A stretch of 59,883 nucleotides of DNA, filler included, from Jimgerdemannia flammicorona (lineage: Eukaryota): assembly GCA_003990765.1 (NCBI GenBank). It is 3 parts of 3 records of this genome, joined end to end, with 100 filler letters (N's around TTAATTAATTAA, not from the genome) between each part and the next. Parts side by side here need not be neighbours in the genome. Positions count along the whole stretch, not along the records: positions 39,998 to 59,883 come from RBNJ01001812.1; 2 more parts are not named here. One strand, given 5' to 3'. A model generated the notes under the pieces. The model did no database searches. It was given only the letters and a program-made list of their open reading frames with translations, and was not told where the DNA came from. Positions 48,500-59,883 of this stretch are shown here, piece by piece (the first letter of the stretch is position 1; the number at the start of each line of letters is the position of its first letter). A program made the position numbers and the translations under genes.

Positions 48500-49900
48500 G
48501 GTTTGCTGGTTCTGAGTTCCTTTGGTCACTTCTTTTATTGTCACATTCAGTGGCATAGTGTCCAAATTGTCCACAGTGGAAGCATTAGACTTGGGCTCTA
48601 TCTTGGACAGGATACCTTCTTTCTTCTTGCTGGTAATTTCTGTTATCTCTTAGTGGATAACCTTGGCTCCTCTGTGGTGGGTACCCTCTGTTGTTTTGGT
48701 AGTCCCGATTTTCACATGTGGTGAGTTTTTCAATCTGTCCAACCAATCAGTCTAACTTGGAGCTGAGGTCTTGAATTTCGCTTCTGTCCTTCTTTCCTTC
48801 CTTGGCTGACCTTCTTTCTTTGGACCTTTCTTGTCCTTGAAGGAGTCCTTGCAGGGCTTTGACCAGGATATCTTCTTTATCTTCCTTCTTATCATGATCA
48901 CTCCAGGTAGTTCCTTGTCTGACATTAAAGAATCCTTGGGCTGTATCTACTTGCTCTTCAGACCTTCTGATGCCTAAGGTGCAGACATGCTGGGCAATAT
49001 TTAGGGGAATTCTATTCATGAAGGTCATTGGACCTATGATGTCTTGATTGGTGGCATTGAACCCAGCTGAATGCATTCTCTTCTGGATTCTTGTGAAGAA
49101 GGCTCTAGGTGATTCTCTAAAATTCATCTTCATTCCCATAATAGATTCCTGAGCCTTGTGGTGGGTTTCGTTTCCTGTGTATTTTTCAATGAGCCAGTGA
49201 ACCATGGCTTCATATTCTAGCTCATCAGATATTGCTGCTTGTATCTGTCTTGCTAGTTCTGAATCTTGGTTATTTGCTTTTCAATGGAAAATTCCTCTAG
49301 CTGGTTCTCTGAGCTGAGCTTTGTAGATGGTGATTTTTCTTTCATCTGAGAGATTTCTCAAGGCTGCAATTCCTTCAATTCCATCAAGGAATTCTCTGGG
49401 GTCTTCCTCTGGGTATCCTGCAAAGGTTGGTAATAAGGTGGCCATTTCATCATCACTTTCTTCTGATTCTGGTTTGGGTTCAGATTCTGATTCTGATTCA
49501 CTTTCTGAACTGTCACTAGAGATGGAGATGCTTGAGTATCTTGAAGATAGTGTTCTGGTCCTTGGATGGGATAGAATAGGCCTAGTTATTCTTGTAGGAA
49601 CTACTTCCAGTTCTGTAAGGGGTTGTGGTAGGAATTCTATTGGTGAGATTGGTGGGACTAGTGTGGGGTGTCTGGCTGTAAAGTATTGGGTCTGTGTGAT
49701 AAGGTCTTTTAGTTCTTATGCGAGTTCTCCAAAATCTCTAGTAGGGCTGCCTGTATTGTCTGGTTGATCTGATTGATCTAGTTGATCTGGTTGGGGATTT
49801 CGGGCTGTACTGCCTCCTGCTTCTGGTTGGGATCCTTCTGATGCTGGGTAGTTGGCAAGTCTTGAGATAATTACTTCTCTTCCTATCCAAATACTAGTGA
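48500..49900 (-). pseudogene. gag with CCHC zinc knuckle
   Basis: PTFAGYPEEDPREFLDG, ESPRAFFTRI and CFHCGQFGHYATEC at about 48542-48584. Confidence 0.85.
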
Positions 49901-50000
49901 TGACTGGTTCTCCTGTGGTGGTAGAGGTTGGTGTTGTATCAAATGTATCCAGTTTGACTGTAGGTTCTTGTGAGCTAAAAAGTTACGTCAATTTTAAAAT

Positions 50001-50019
50001 ATTCCCAGTTAAACCCCCA
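50001..50019 (-). promoter_or_regulatory. Primer-binding site, probably tRNA-Pro
   Basis: TGGGGGTTTAACTGGGAAT lies 2 nt inside the 5' LTR and resembles the tRNA-Pro PBS TGGGGGCTCGTCCGGGAT. Confidence 0.6.
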
Positions 50020-50021
50020 AA

Positions 50022-51318
50022 TGTAATATGCTGGCTCAATGGAGGTAAATTACAAGGTTGGGGGTTGATGTAGTTTGGCTTGAGCCCTCAGTTACTTTGT
50101 CAAAAAAGTAACAAAATGTTCTAAGATTCCTGAGGTCCTTGGTGTTTAGTGGTATAATGTCACAGCTGGATATCTGGGAGCAATTTCCTTATTGGGACTG
50201 TTCTCTGGGTATAGTGGTGATTTGTGTAAACAGGTTTCCTTCTTGGGTTAACTGGGAATGGCAGAATTTCATATAGTGAGGCAATCTTCAAAAGTATATG
50301 ATTTCTGATATGACGATCTCTTGTGCAGTGTGACAATCTCCTTATATGTGATGGTCTGGCAATTTAATGGTTTCCTTCTTTGGTAGTGGCAATCTCAAAA
50401 GTATGTGATTTCTGGGTGACAGCAGATAACTCAATTTGGGTGCAGGTTTACTGAGAATTGTACTAGCGGCAGAGAACTTGATAACTTGGGCTCACTGGAA
50501 ATGTATGGCATAGTTTCTCCTATACTAGGCTCACTGGGAATGACAAATAACTTGGATGTCATGGATTCAGCTTCAACTGGGAATACTACTCGAATGGCAT
50601 GGGTTCTTCTGGGAATGTGGATAACTTGAAAATAGCAGATGATATGGATTCTTTCTGAATTGGCAGACTTCTTAAAAATAGCAGCTTAACTGAGAATTAA
50701 CTCCGATTCTTGACAAGTTGCATCAAGACTGGCTTTATTTGCACAGAGTTGTATTGATAGACTGGCTCTACTGTGAAGTTGCATCAGAAACTGGCTTGTG
50801 CAAGGTGGCTTTCTCTTAGGTGGTGGAAATCTTCAGACTTATCTGGCAAACAAACCAATAATTCCAAAGGTGGTGAAGTTCTTCCTTGAACTTGGTGGCA
50901 AAATCAGCTTTGTATCAGAAAGTGGACTGGAGTGAGAATAAGGGGACCAATTGCTCAATCTTTAGAGGCTTCTTTGGTTTGTACTTTAATTCAGACTGAG
51001 GTTTATTCACTCTTGTCTCTGGGGTAATTTATACAAGTTGGTTGCTATCTGGTTACTATGTGGCTAACTATAGATCTGCTACTTATGGCAAGTGTACAGA
51101 GTCTATATGGTGTATAGGACCTGTATAGTGTACAGAGTCTGTACAGTATACAGAGTCTGTACAGGTAAACAGACCCTTTCTGGTATGTCTGGCTATTTAT
51201 ACAGTTTTTCTGCAGCAATGGTTGCTGGTTACTATGCTGTATATTCACATCATCTTGTCTAATTGTTTGTATCATCTGGTTAAGATATAATTCAGGTGGT
51301 ATGTTTTGGTTTATCACA
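50022..51318 (-). repeat. 5' LTR (1297 bp)
   Basis: TGTAAT...ATCACA, colinear with 42205-43501. Confidence 0.95.
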
Positions 51319-51499
51319 GTATATATACATTTGGTACTAATTGGTAAGATTCTATTTATGTAAATCTTATATTCTGTGACTTTGGGTTGGCTCAGCTTTG
51401 TTCACTGTAACTTCATTTTGACTCAGCTTTATGATTATGCAGATGATTTCCAGATTTATTCAGAGGTTGCATGTGATTTCAGTGGCTTATAGGTTGTGT

Positions 51500-51846
51500 A
51501 CTTACTCCTACACTCAGTCAAACAAGTCACTATTTCAGCCAAGGGCTACACTCTGGTGCCTACTGGAATTGCAGTTCATTGTTCTGAAGAATATTATGTC
51601 AGAATTGCACTATAATTAGGACTTAGTATCAAATATCATTTAGATATAGATACTGGTATCATTAACTCAGACTTTAAAGGACAAGTTTAAGTTCTACTTA
51701 TCAATCAGAAGGATCAAGACTATACAGTTAAGGAAGGAGACTGAGTCATATAAATGATCCTAGAAAAAGTCAGGTAACTCAAGATTATAGAAGTTTAAGA
51801 ACTCCCTGAAATCAAACAAGATCAAAAAGATTTTGGCAGTACTGAT
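51500..51846 (+). pseudogene. Decayed dUTPase upstream of a second Gypsy pol
   Basis: LHSVKQVTISAKGYTLVPTGIAVHCSEEYYVRIAL*LGLS..DTGIINSDFKGQV*VLLIN..VKEGD..ELPE..KDFGSTD; not in the ORF track. Confidence 0.85.
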
Positions 51847-51879
51847 TAAGCAACAAGTCTTAGTTAAAATCAAGCTCAA

Positions 51880-54122
51880 GCTATGCTCATTTTCAAAGGC
51901 CTAGTCAAAGGAAAATAAGTTCAAGTACTCATAGACAGCAGAGCTGCAGGAAACTTCATCAATCAGAATCTCATTAAAAGTCTCAAGATCCTTACCAAGC
52001 CTATATCCAAGAATAATAGTATAGTTACTGCAGATAGTACTCTGCACCCCATTGAGTCAATTGCCACCAAACTATCCATCAAGATCCAGAAATATTGGGA
52101 ATGAGTAGACTTTGAGGTTACACTACTAGAAGATTATGACCTGATCTTAGAAAAACTCTAGCTTATGAAACATAACTCAGACATCAATTGGTACAAGAAT
52201 GAAGTCACTCTACTTCAAGATAGAGCCAATATCACTATTAAGACAGACAAGACCACAAGCAAGACTCAGATTGCAACACTGTTAGCTATATAGTATAAGA
52301 GAGCCCTTAAGAAGGTAATATATATCTTTATTATAATAGTCTGTCTCAAGAAACAAGACAAGAGACTATCAGTCAATGAAAGTATCAAGTTACTGCTAGA
52401 AGAATTCAAGAATATCTTTCCAGACAAGCTACCTGGTCTATCACCTATATGAGAAGTTGATCATGAAATTGAACTGATCCCAGGAGCTATACTATCTAAG
52501 AAATATATATACTGCATGTTACCACTCAAAATTAAAGCAGTCAAGAAAGAACTAGAAGAGCTATTTGTATGAGAAGCCATTTAGTCAAGCAAATCTCCTT
52601 ATGGCTCACTAGTCTTATTCATCAAAAAGAAGGATGGTACCTTGTGAATGTATATAGACTATTGTGCACTCAACAAACTCACTATTAAGAACTGCTATCC
52701 ACTATCCTTGATTGATCAAATCTTTAATACTCTCAAGAATGCCAAGTACTTCACCAAGTTAGACCTCATGTCAGGATACCACCAGATTTAAATTAAGCCA
52801 GAAGACATTTCTAAGACTGCATTCATAACTCCCTTTGGACTCTATGAATTCCTGGTCTTAGTATTTGGTCTCACCAATATACTCATCAAATTTCAGACTC
52901 TGATGAACAAGATATTCAAGGACCAACTATTTATTTTCCTATTGGTATATCTTGACAACATCCTGATCTTTAATGTAACTAAAGAAGAATACTTCAAATA
53001 AATTTGAATAGTTCTGGAGATCCTGCAAAAATACAAGCTTTATGCTAAGCTCAAGAAGTGTGAATTCTTCAAGGAATAAGTTGAATACCTTGGCCACATT
53101 ATCTTTATATAAGAAATTCAAGTAGATCTACACAAGATAGAAGTAATCAAAGAATGGCCCATTCTGTTAAATCTCACAGAACTCTGATCCTTCCTTGGTC
53201 TAGCTGGCTACTACCACTACTTTGTCAGAAACTTTGCTGGTATTGCTGAGCTACTGACTAACCTTATGAGGAAGGCCTCACACTCAGACCACTATATATC
53301 CTATATCTGAGACCTCTTCTGTCAACAAGCCTTTCAAGAACTCAAGAATCATCTGATCTGTACTCCAGTCCTATATAATACTGATCAAGGCCTAAAATTC
53401 ATAGTCATCACTGATGTATTGAATTTTGCCATTGGAGCAGTCCTGTTATAAGATGATGGTAAAGAACATTGTCTTATTACTTTTGAGTCTCACAAGTTAG
53501 CTCTAGCTGAACAAAAGCTAGCCACTCATGAGAAGGAACTACTAGCAATAATATATACACTAGACCACTGGTGATGCTATCTAGAAGGTGTTGAGTTTGA
53601 TGTTATTACCAATCATCAATCTCTCAAGTACATCAACATCTAATCTACTCTGTTATGTCTATAAGCCAAGTAGAGTCTCAAGCTTCAAACCTTCAATCTA
53701 ATAATCATTTACAAGCCTGGCAAGATACTTGTAGTATCAGACACCTTATTAAGATACCCAGACCTCACTACAATTATACAAGTTACCTTGGTATCTGAAT
53801 TCTTAGACTAAATCAGATAAGTTTATGAAGAAAACACAGTTACCACTAGAGTTTTCTTGAATGAGCTCAAGGATATATATACTGTTGAGAACAATCTGAT
53901 CTATCATCAAGATCAAGTCTATCTACATATTTGAAAATATAAATCTATACTATAAGGTTTTGCAAGAACACTATGACTCTCTTCTTATCAGTTATCTGGA
54001 AATTGAGAAAACTGTCAAAAACATCTAATACCACTACTATTAGCTAAGCATGATTAAGAAAATCAAAAACTATATTACCAGCTATAATCTATGCTAGTAC
54101 AATAAGTCTACCAACTAAGTAC
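51880..54122 (+). mobile_element. Decayed Gypsy pol (PR-RT-RH-start of INT), Tf1/chromovirus-like
   Basis: [70 protein letters not shown] and an H2C2 remnant; cut off by the LINE. Confidence 0.9.
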
Positions 54123-54185
54123 CATCATCTCTCTCCATTACAATTCACGTTACACACACTTTACAATACACTTTCAAAGCATTTA

Positions 54186-56240
54186 TTGGAGAAAGATATT
54201 AAGGAGATATCAACCAGCAAGCAAGCTGATGCACATACTAGGTTGGGTGGACCTGGGGCCTTCAACTGGCAGTATGTTGGGAGAGGGTATGGATTGGGGA
54301 TGGGGTCTTTCAGTGGCTCAAGTGGGCAGGGCAGCTTGGGGAGTGAAGGTAGCACTGGTGGGAGGGCTGGAGGGAAGCAGGGGAGGAGCTTTGCGGACAT
54401 GCTGAGGGATGGGGGCTGGCCATTGGGCACTCATGGTGGACCGGCAGGAGGGAAGGGGAAGCAGAAGGATGGAACCACTGGGGGTGCTGGGCCTTCACTG
54501 GTGGGAGGTGGGGGAAGTGGAGGGACTGCTGGGGGTAGTGGTGGGACTGCTGATGGTAGCGTGATAGCAAATCAGGAAAAAAAAAGAGATGTGACGGCTG
54601 ATGGCCAGGGGGGGCAGGGGTTCCCAATGAGGAAGGGAGACCTGGTGGATGGTGTAATGGGACTGGCGGTGGCCCCATTGCTCAAGAAATCAATCTTGGA
54701 GTTTGCAGTTACCTTGTGCTTCCGAGGCTTGGTGGTGATAGCAAGGATGGTCCTGGGGCTTATCTTGAAGCAGGTGGCTGGGGCGGCTTTGGTGAAGTTC
54801 TTGAAGGGCATAGAGGGGGTTGAGGTGGGCTTTGAGGAGGCGGGCCTACTGGATGAGGCCATGAAGACGGGAGTGGTGGTTGGGGAGATGGTGGTCCCCA
54901 TGGTAAGGTACTTGAGGTGGGACCCCAGAGTGGTGCAGCTTCTGGTGAGGGGGGTGCCCACAGTGACTAAGGAGGAGACAAGGAGGAAGGTGGAGGAGGT
55001 GATGGTTGAGTATGGAGATGTGGTGGACATTGGCTTTCAGTTGTGGGAGGGGACAACTATCAGGACGGGTGACATTGATGTCAGGATTCAGTTGGTAGAG
55101 AAGGAGGCCACAGGGAAGACAAGTGATTGGCCCTCGGTACTGATGTGGGGGGCCGTCATCTGCAAGGTGTCGAGGGTGAAGGGGAGTGACGAGGAGGAGG
55201 AGGACTTGTTAGAGGCACTGGAGGAGTTGGGTGGTACTGTAGAGAGGAGGGCAAAGGCCTGGAAACTGTATGAGGAGTCGACGCATCTGGAGGTTGTGGG
55301 CGGGAGGCATATCCATATGGATAAGAAGCAGTGGGAGTGGATTCAGGGATGCAAGAAGCAGAAGGAGCTGTTGGCGAGTATGACTGGTGGGGGGAAGAAG
55401 AAGTCAGGTGAAGCTGAGGAGGCTGGAGGCACTGAGGCCAGTGTCTGGGCTGGTAAAGGGGGAGAGGAGGTGGAGGTGAAGGAGGCAGAGACTGGGAAGG
55501 GGCTGGACAAGGACCCATTTGCTGATGGTACCTTTGAAGTGTGGGAGCTGGAGTTGGATGCCACCCCCCCCCCACTTATCAGGAGGGGCCCAGTAGGGAA
55601 GCGAGGGAGGACAGAGGATACACGGATGCAGGGGGCCCAGCAGGTGCACTTTGGGGTCCCTGATATGGCTCAAGGGGGTCAAGTGGTGGCAGTTGGTGAG
55701 GATGAGCTGGTGGATGTCCCTGAGGAGGAGTGGGATGAGGCTGCTAGTGTAGGAGCTGACACCATGATGTTGGATGCCGGGCAACCAGGGACTCCGGGAG
55801 GGAAGGAGGTGGGGAACTTGTTGTGGGTATACAAGGTGATGGATAACCTCACAGCAGAAGCATTGGGGGAGGTGGACCTGCAGGCAATGCCTGAGGAGCA
55901 TTGGGTAAGGATCCTGCATGGGGATGGAATGGTGGAGGTGCTGAAGGTGGAAATTCTGGCGATTTTGCTAGTGGAGGAGGGATATGAGGTTGATGAGGTG
56001 AGGAAGGCAGAGCTGGGGGTGGTCGCTGGTGAGCAGGCAGATTACTGTTGGGCAGAGCGTCATGGTCTGCAGCTCTGGCAGGAGGCCTGTCTGGAGTATC
56101 GTGAGGATTTTGAGGAGCATGAGGACAGGGCAATGGTGGAACTTCTGGGAGAGTTGGAGGCATGGAAAGCTGGGGAAAGGGAACTGGCTGCTGAACTTAA
56201 CTTGGACTTGATGCAGGAGAGGCAGGATGCTGACTTATAG
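54186..56240 (+). CDS. LINE ORF1
   Basis: Open 684-codon frame upstream of ORF2 with RSFADML and RRM-like LLVRGVP..EYGDVVDI..TGD. The start is uncertain (first ATG at 54300). Confidence 0.75.
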   Translation: MEKDIKEISTSKQADAHTRLGGPGAFNWQYVGRGYGLGMGSFSGSSGQGSLGSEGSTGGRAGGKQGRSFADMLRDGGWPLGTHGGPAGGKGKQKDGTTGGAGPSLVGGGGSGGTAGGSGGTADGSVIANQEKKRDVTADGQGGQGFPMRKGDLVDGVMGLAVAPLLKKSILEFAVTLCFRGLVVIARMVLGLILKQVAGAALVKFLKGIEGVEVGFEEAGLLDEAMKTGVVVGEMVVPMVRYLRWDPRVVQLLVRGVPTVTKEETRRKVEEVMVEYGDVVDIGFQLWEGTTIRTGDIDVRIQLVEKEATGKTSDWPSVLMWGAVICKVSRVKGSDEEEEDLLEALEELGGTVERRAKAWKLYEESTHLEVVGGRHIHMDKKQWEWIQGCKKQKELLASMTGGGKKKSGEAEEAGGTEASVWAGKGGEEVEVKEAETGKGLDKDPFADGTFEVWELELDATPPPLIRRGPVGKRGRTEDTRMQGAQQVHFGVPDMAQGGQVVAVGEDELVDVPEEEWDEAASVGADTMMLDAGQPGTPGGKEVGNLLWVYKVMDNLTAEALGEVDLQAMPEEHWVRILHGDGMVEVLKVEILAILLVEEGYEVDEVRKAELGVVAGEQADYCWAERHGLQLWQEACLEYREDFEEHEDRAMVELLGELEAWKAGERELAAELNLDLMQERQDADL

Positions 56241-56272
56241 AGGAAGGGCCCTGACATATATCATTATTCTTT

Positions 56273-59200
56273 ATGAATGATATAACCAACATTTTTTCCT
56301 TGAATGTGAATGGGCTAAGGGGCTCTGGGCAGCATAGGAACATTTTTACTTGGCTCAAGGGATTGGAGGCTGATCTCTTTTTATTGCAGGATGTTTGATA
56401 TGAGGATGAGGATGATCGGGTGGAGTGGACTAGGGAGTGGGGGGGGGCTGCTGCTTGGTTTGGAAAGGTGGCAATTCTGGTGAGGAAGGGCAGAGGAGAC
56501 TTGGGGGAAATCAGGAGCTGGGGCGATCACTTGGTCTGGGGAGATTGGCATCAGCCAGGGTGGGAATCGGTGAAGGTGGGCTCTTGCTACTGCCCTGCAG
56601 CTAGGGGTGAGAGGACTGCATGGATTAGAGGATTGCTGGAGGAGGGTATTCTCTTAGAGGAAGGGGTCAATGTTCTCGGTGGGGACTTTAATATGGTTTG
56701 GGATCAGCGTCTGGATAGAACTGATGGAGGGAGGAGTGCCGGGGGTAGAAGTGGAGGTCTGGATGCATGGGACGAAGTGGAGACACTGAGCTCCTTAGGG
56801 GATATGGGCTAAATGAGATGGGGTACCACAAGAGTTTACACACATTGGGTGAATGGCCTGGGCATAAGGAATGACTGGATTTTGACGGCAGAGTGCTGGG
56901 GTTTGGATGTTTGGAAGGTGTTGGAAGTAGAGTGATGCCCATGGTCTGATCACTGGGGACTGTTGGGGCAGGGGCAGTTTGGGGGGAGTGGAGATAGACC
57001 CGGATATTGATGCCTTAACTCCTCTCTGCTGGCTGAGAAGGGGCTGTGGGAACTATGGGTGGAGGACATTCAGGCAAAAGTTTGTATCTGGAAGCATGAG
57101 GGTTTACCTGTGGCTGTCCGTTGGATGAGATTGAAAGAGGCTACAAGGGTTTATTGGGGAGAGGCTGGTAGGGAGGCTGGGAGGTAGAGAAGGAGGCACA
57201 TGAGGTGTGCTTCCAGCAGGCTGAGGAGACTACAAATAGATTGGGCAGACTTGCTCACTGTTGTAGAGGTGGAGGATTGGAGGATAGAGAGAGCAAAATT
57301 GGAGATAGTGGAACTACAACAGGTGCTGAGAGAAGAGGAGAAGATACATATGCAGGGCATGACTACTAGGCTGTGGTGGCAGGGGCTTGAGGAGGGTGAG
57401 TAGCCTACTAGGTACTTATCAAGACTTCTCAAAGCTAGGAGGGTGCGTTATCGGTGGGATGAGGTCCTGGATGCTGATGGAGACATGGTTCATGGTACAC
57501 AACAAATCCTGGGGGTCTTGAAGGAGAGATGGCAGGGTTTGTGGAGTGAGGGAGAAGGGGGTACAGATGGGGCAGAGATTGCAGATACACTAGAGGAGTG
57601 GGAACCACCACAGGTTGATGGACTGAGAGACTTGATCTTACTGGTCCAGGGAGAGGAGATCCAGGGTGTCCTGGCAGCAACTAAGCTTGGGACAGTGCCA
57701 GGGGAGGATGGATTGCTGTGGGACTTCTGGAAGAAGATGGTGAATGTCCCCAGAGTGTTGGGTGAGATGGCTGATCTTTGTGACCATGTCCTTCAGAGTG
57801 GTACGTGGGTTGGAGAGCAGGATCTGGGGCTGGTGGCCCTACTGTACAAAGACAAGGGAAGAAGGGAAGACTGGAAGAACTGGAGGCTGATCATGCTTCT
57901 AGATATGGACAGGAAGATGGTGACTAAGGTAATTATTGCAAGGCTGCAGAAGGTTGCCCAACAGGTGCTGGGGGAAGAGCAGAGGGGCTTTGTTGGGGAT
58001 AGGCTAATAAGAGATGGGACTGCATGGGTTCATGGTGTCATTGAAGGGGCCCAGGCCTATGGACTGAATGGGAGGTTGGTCTTTCTGGACCAGGAGAAGG
58101 CCTATGACCATGTACAGTGGGTGTGGCTGGGAAAGGTGTTGAACTGCATTGGTGTTCCCCCAACATTTAGGGCCTCTATGTTGAGTCTGCTGGAAAGTAG
58201 TCAGACAGCTCTGATGTATAATGGTCACTGTGGGAGGGCATTTCCCTTAGGAAGAGGAGTACCTCAGGGGAACCCTCTATCCCCGATTCTCTATGCCCTT
58301 TCACTGGAGCCATTGATGGATAGGATTCGCCAGAAGATAGCAGGGCTCTCTATATATGGTATAGTGTGGAAGGTGGGGGCCTTTGCTGATGATATGGTGG
58401 TTGGACTTGGGTCTGTGGTAGATGTAGAGGCACTTCAGGAGACTGTGGAATGGTATGAGGCTCATTCAGGGGTGAAACTCAACTGGCATAAGTGTGAGAC
58501 AATGGTGCTAGGGAATGGGTTAGTGGGTGGGGACGTCATTGGAACAATTGTCTCTACTGGTGAGGTGGTGTGGTATCTGGGTATCTTCCTCTCTGTATAT
58601 GGTTCTGTCTTGCCATGAGTGTGGTGGGAGGGCAGGGTGAACAGTTGGGGGGAGGCCCTTCAAGGATGGGGAGGCCGCCATATCTCTCTAGCAGGGCAGG
58701 TGTCAATCCTAAATGTATATTGGTTCCCAAAGCTGTGGTATATGGCATATCACCTAGACTTCCCAGCATAGGTGGTGAAGAAGCTAATGAAGGTGGCTAG
58801 GGATTGGATTTGGGTAGAGAGGAGGTCCCAGGTTGGTTGGAATACTCTTGCGAGACCGATAGTCAGGAGAGGTCTTGGCCTGGTGGATTTCCCTAAGAGG
58901 CTGTACTGCTTGAGAGCCTGGTGGTTGAAGAGAGCAGTGGAATTGCAGGGCAGAGGTTGGGTGCCTCTGCTGCAAAAGGTATGGGAGATGCGAACATCCC
59001 CTCGAGGGTTCTGCTCTCTTTGGTGGGGCTGAATGGAGTTTGGAGGCTGCGGTTCAAGGGGTTTTGGTGGAGAGTGGCCAAGGGAGCATACTGAATTCAC
59101 CTGCGCTGGCAAGGTAATGAGGGGGAGGTGGCGTGGGGGCCTAATATGTGGCATTGGGATGGTCTGCTCCTGGGGGGTACTCCCCTGGCTGCATTCGATA

Positions 59201-59883
59201 TTGGGGAGGGAGTGGAGTGTCAGCAGGAGCTTGGCCAGGACCTTTGGCCGAGTGGCTGGCAGGCAGTTGGAATTGGAGAGGAGTGGAACTGGGCAGGCAT
59301 CTGGTCTTGGAGTGCTGAGGTATAGAGGTGGCTCCCTCTCAAGTACTGGGTGGTATGGTGGAGAATGTTGCGGAGGAATGTCATGCTGAATTTCCACTTG
59401 GGGCATTTAGTAGAGGGTGGACAATTTGACTGCGAGGAGTGTTGTAATGTTGGGCAAGCTGGGGGTTATGTACAGATGCCGGAACATTGGCTGGGAGAGT
59501 GTGAGGTCTTGGGGAAATTTTGGGCTGAGATAGGGGATAGACTGGGTGTTGGGCATCAACTGGTGGGGGAGGGGGGTCGCTGGGAGAACTTAAAATCTCG
59601 GCTTGTGGGTGGGGTTGGGGATAGTTGACTCACTGTAGGATGGGTGTTAGCAGTATGGGTAGGACTGGTGGGATATTGGCTTTTCATATTTGAGGAGGGG
59701 CAGTGGTTGGAGTTACGTAAGAAGGTGTTAAGATGGGAGGAGCTGGTGGGGGATCTGCTGACCGGATGGTGGGTGGGTTGGGGACCTCAGGGGGGACAAT
59801 GTCAAGGTTTGGTGATGAAGATCTGTGAGCAGAGTGGTGGGAGGGTGGGGATAGTGTTCGACAAAGTGATCTTTCATAGAGAA
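56273..59883 (+). pseudogene. LINE ORF2 (APE endonuclease, RT, C-terminal Zn finger) with stops
   Basis: SLNVNGL, LQD, GGDFN, SDH; PGEDGL, NWRLIMLLD, FLDQEKAYD, GVPQGNPLSP, AFADD; CEEC..EHWLGEC. Confidence 0.93.

Larger units (their letters stand above)
42205..51318 (-). mobile_element. Ty3/Gypsy LTR retrotransposon with dUTPase and internal RH/INT deletion
   Basis: Two 1297-bp TG..CA LTRs, 4-bp TSD GTAT (42201-04 and 51319-22), PBS, PPT-like GGGGGCTGA next to 43502, gag CFHCGQFGHYATEC, protease ILIDTG, RT LCVDYRKLN/PFGLCNAP and KWEGPY. Confidence 0.95.
54125..59883 (+). mobile_element. L1/Tx1-type LINE, 3' end outside the window
   Basis: Short pyrimidine-rich 5' UTR, ORF1, and ORF2 with APE-RT-CCHC domains. 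Confidence 0.92.

Overview
Eukaryotic DNA, most likely fungal. An early-diverging Mucoromycota-type genome is my inference from the gene and TE content. The window is three contigs of 19,910, 19,887 and 19,886 bp joined by artificial N44-TTAATTAATTAA-N44 linkers, so adjacency across 19911-20010 and 39898-39997 is probably not real. Contig 1 has a CpG-rich genic part: two intronless TPR+SET (SMYD-like) paralogues, a third pseudogenised copy, and kinase and ankyrin pseudogene fragments. At about 16.2 kb it switches abruptly to CpG-depleted, transition-riddled TE relics. Contig 2 holds a poly(A)/TSD-flanked retroposed element carrying a 9-bp satellite, two full-length copies of a 1.2-kb SINE-like element and a fold-back MITE. 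Its main feature is a 10.5-kb head-to-head array of an endonuclease-less Penelope-like retroelement, with both 3' ends pointing outward, a 137-bp flanking direct repeat and a central junction at a 14-bp inverted repeat built into the element. Contig 3 has a Gypsy element with both LTRs but an internal RNase H/integrase deletion, a dUTPase and a possible DIRS-type adenine-methyltransferase-like relic. It also has a second Gypsy relic with dUTPase upstream of the protease and an L1/Tx1-type LINE. All calls come from reading motifs by eye; no searches were run.
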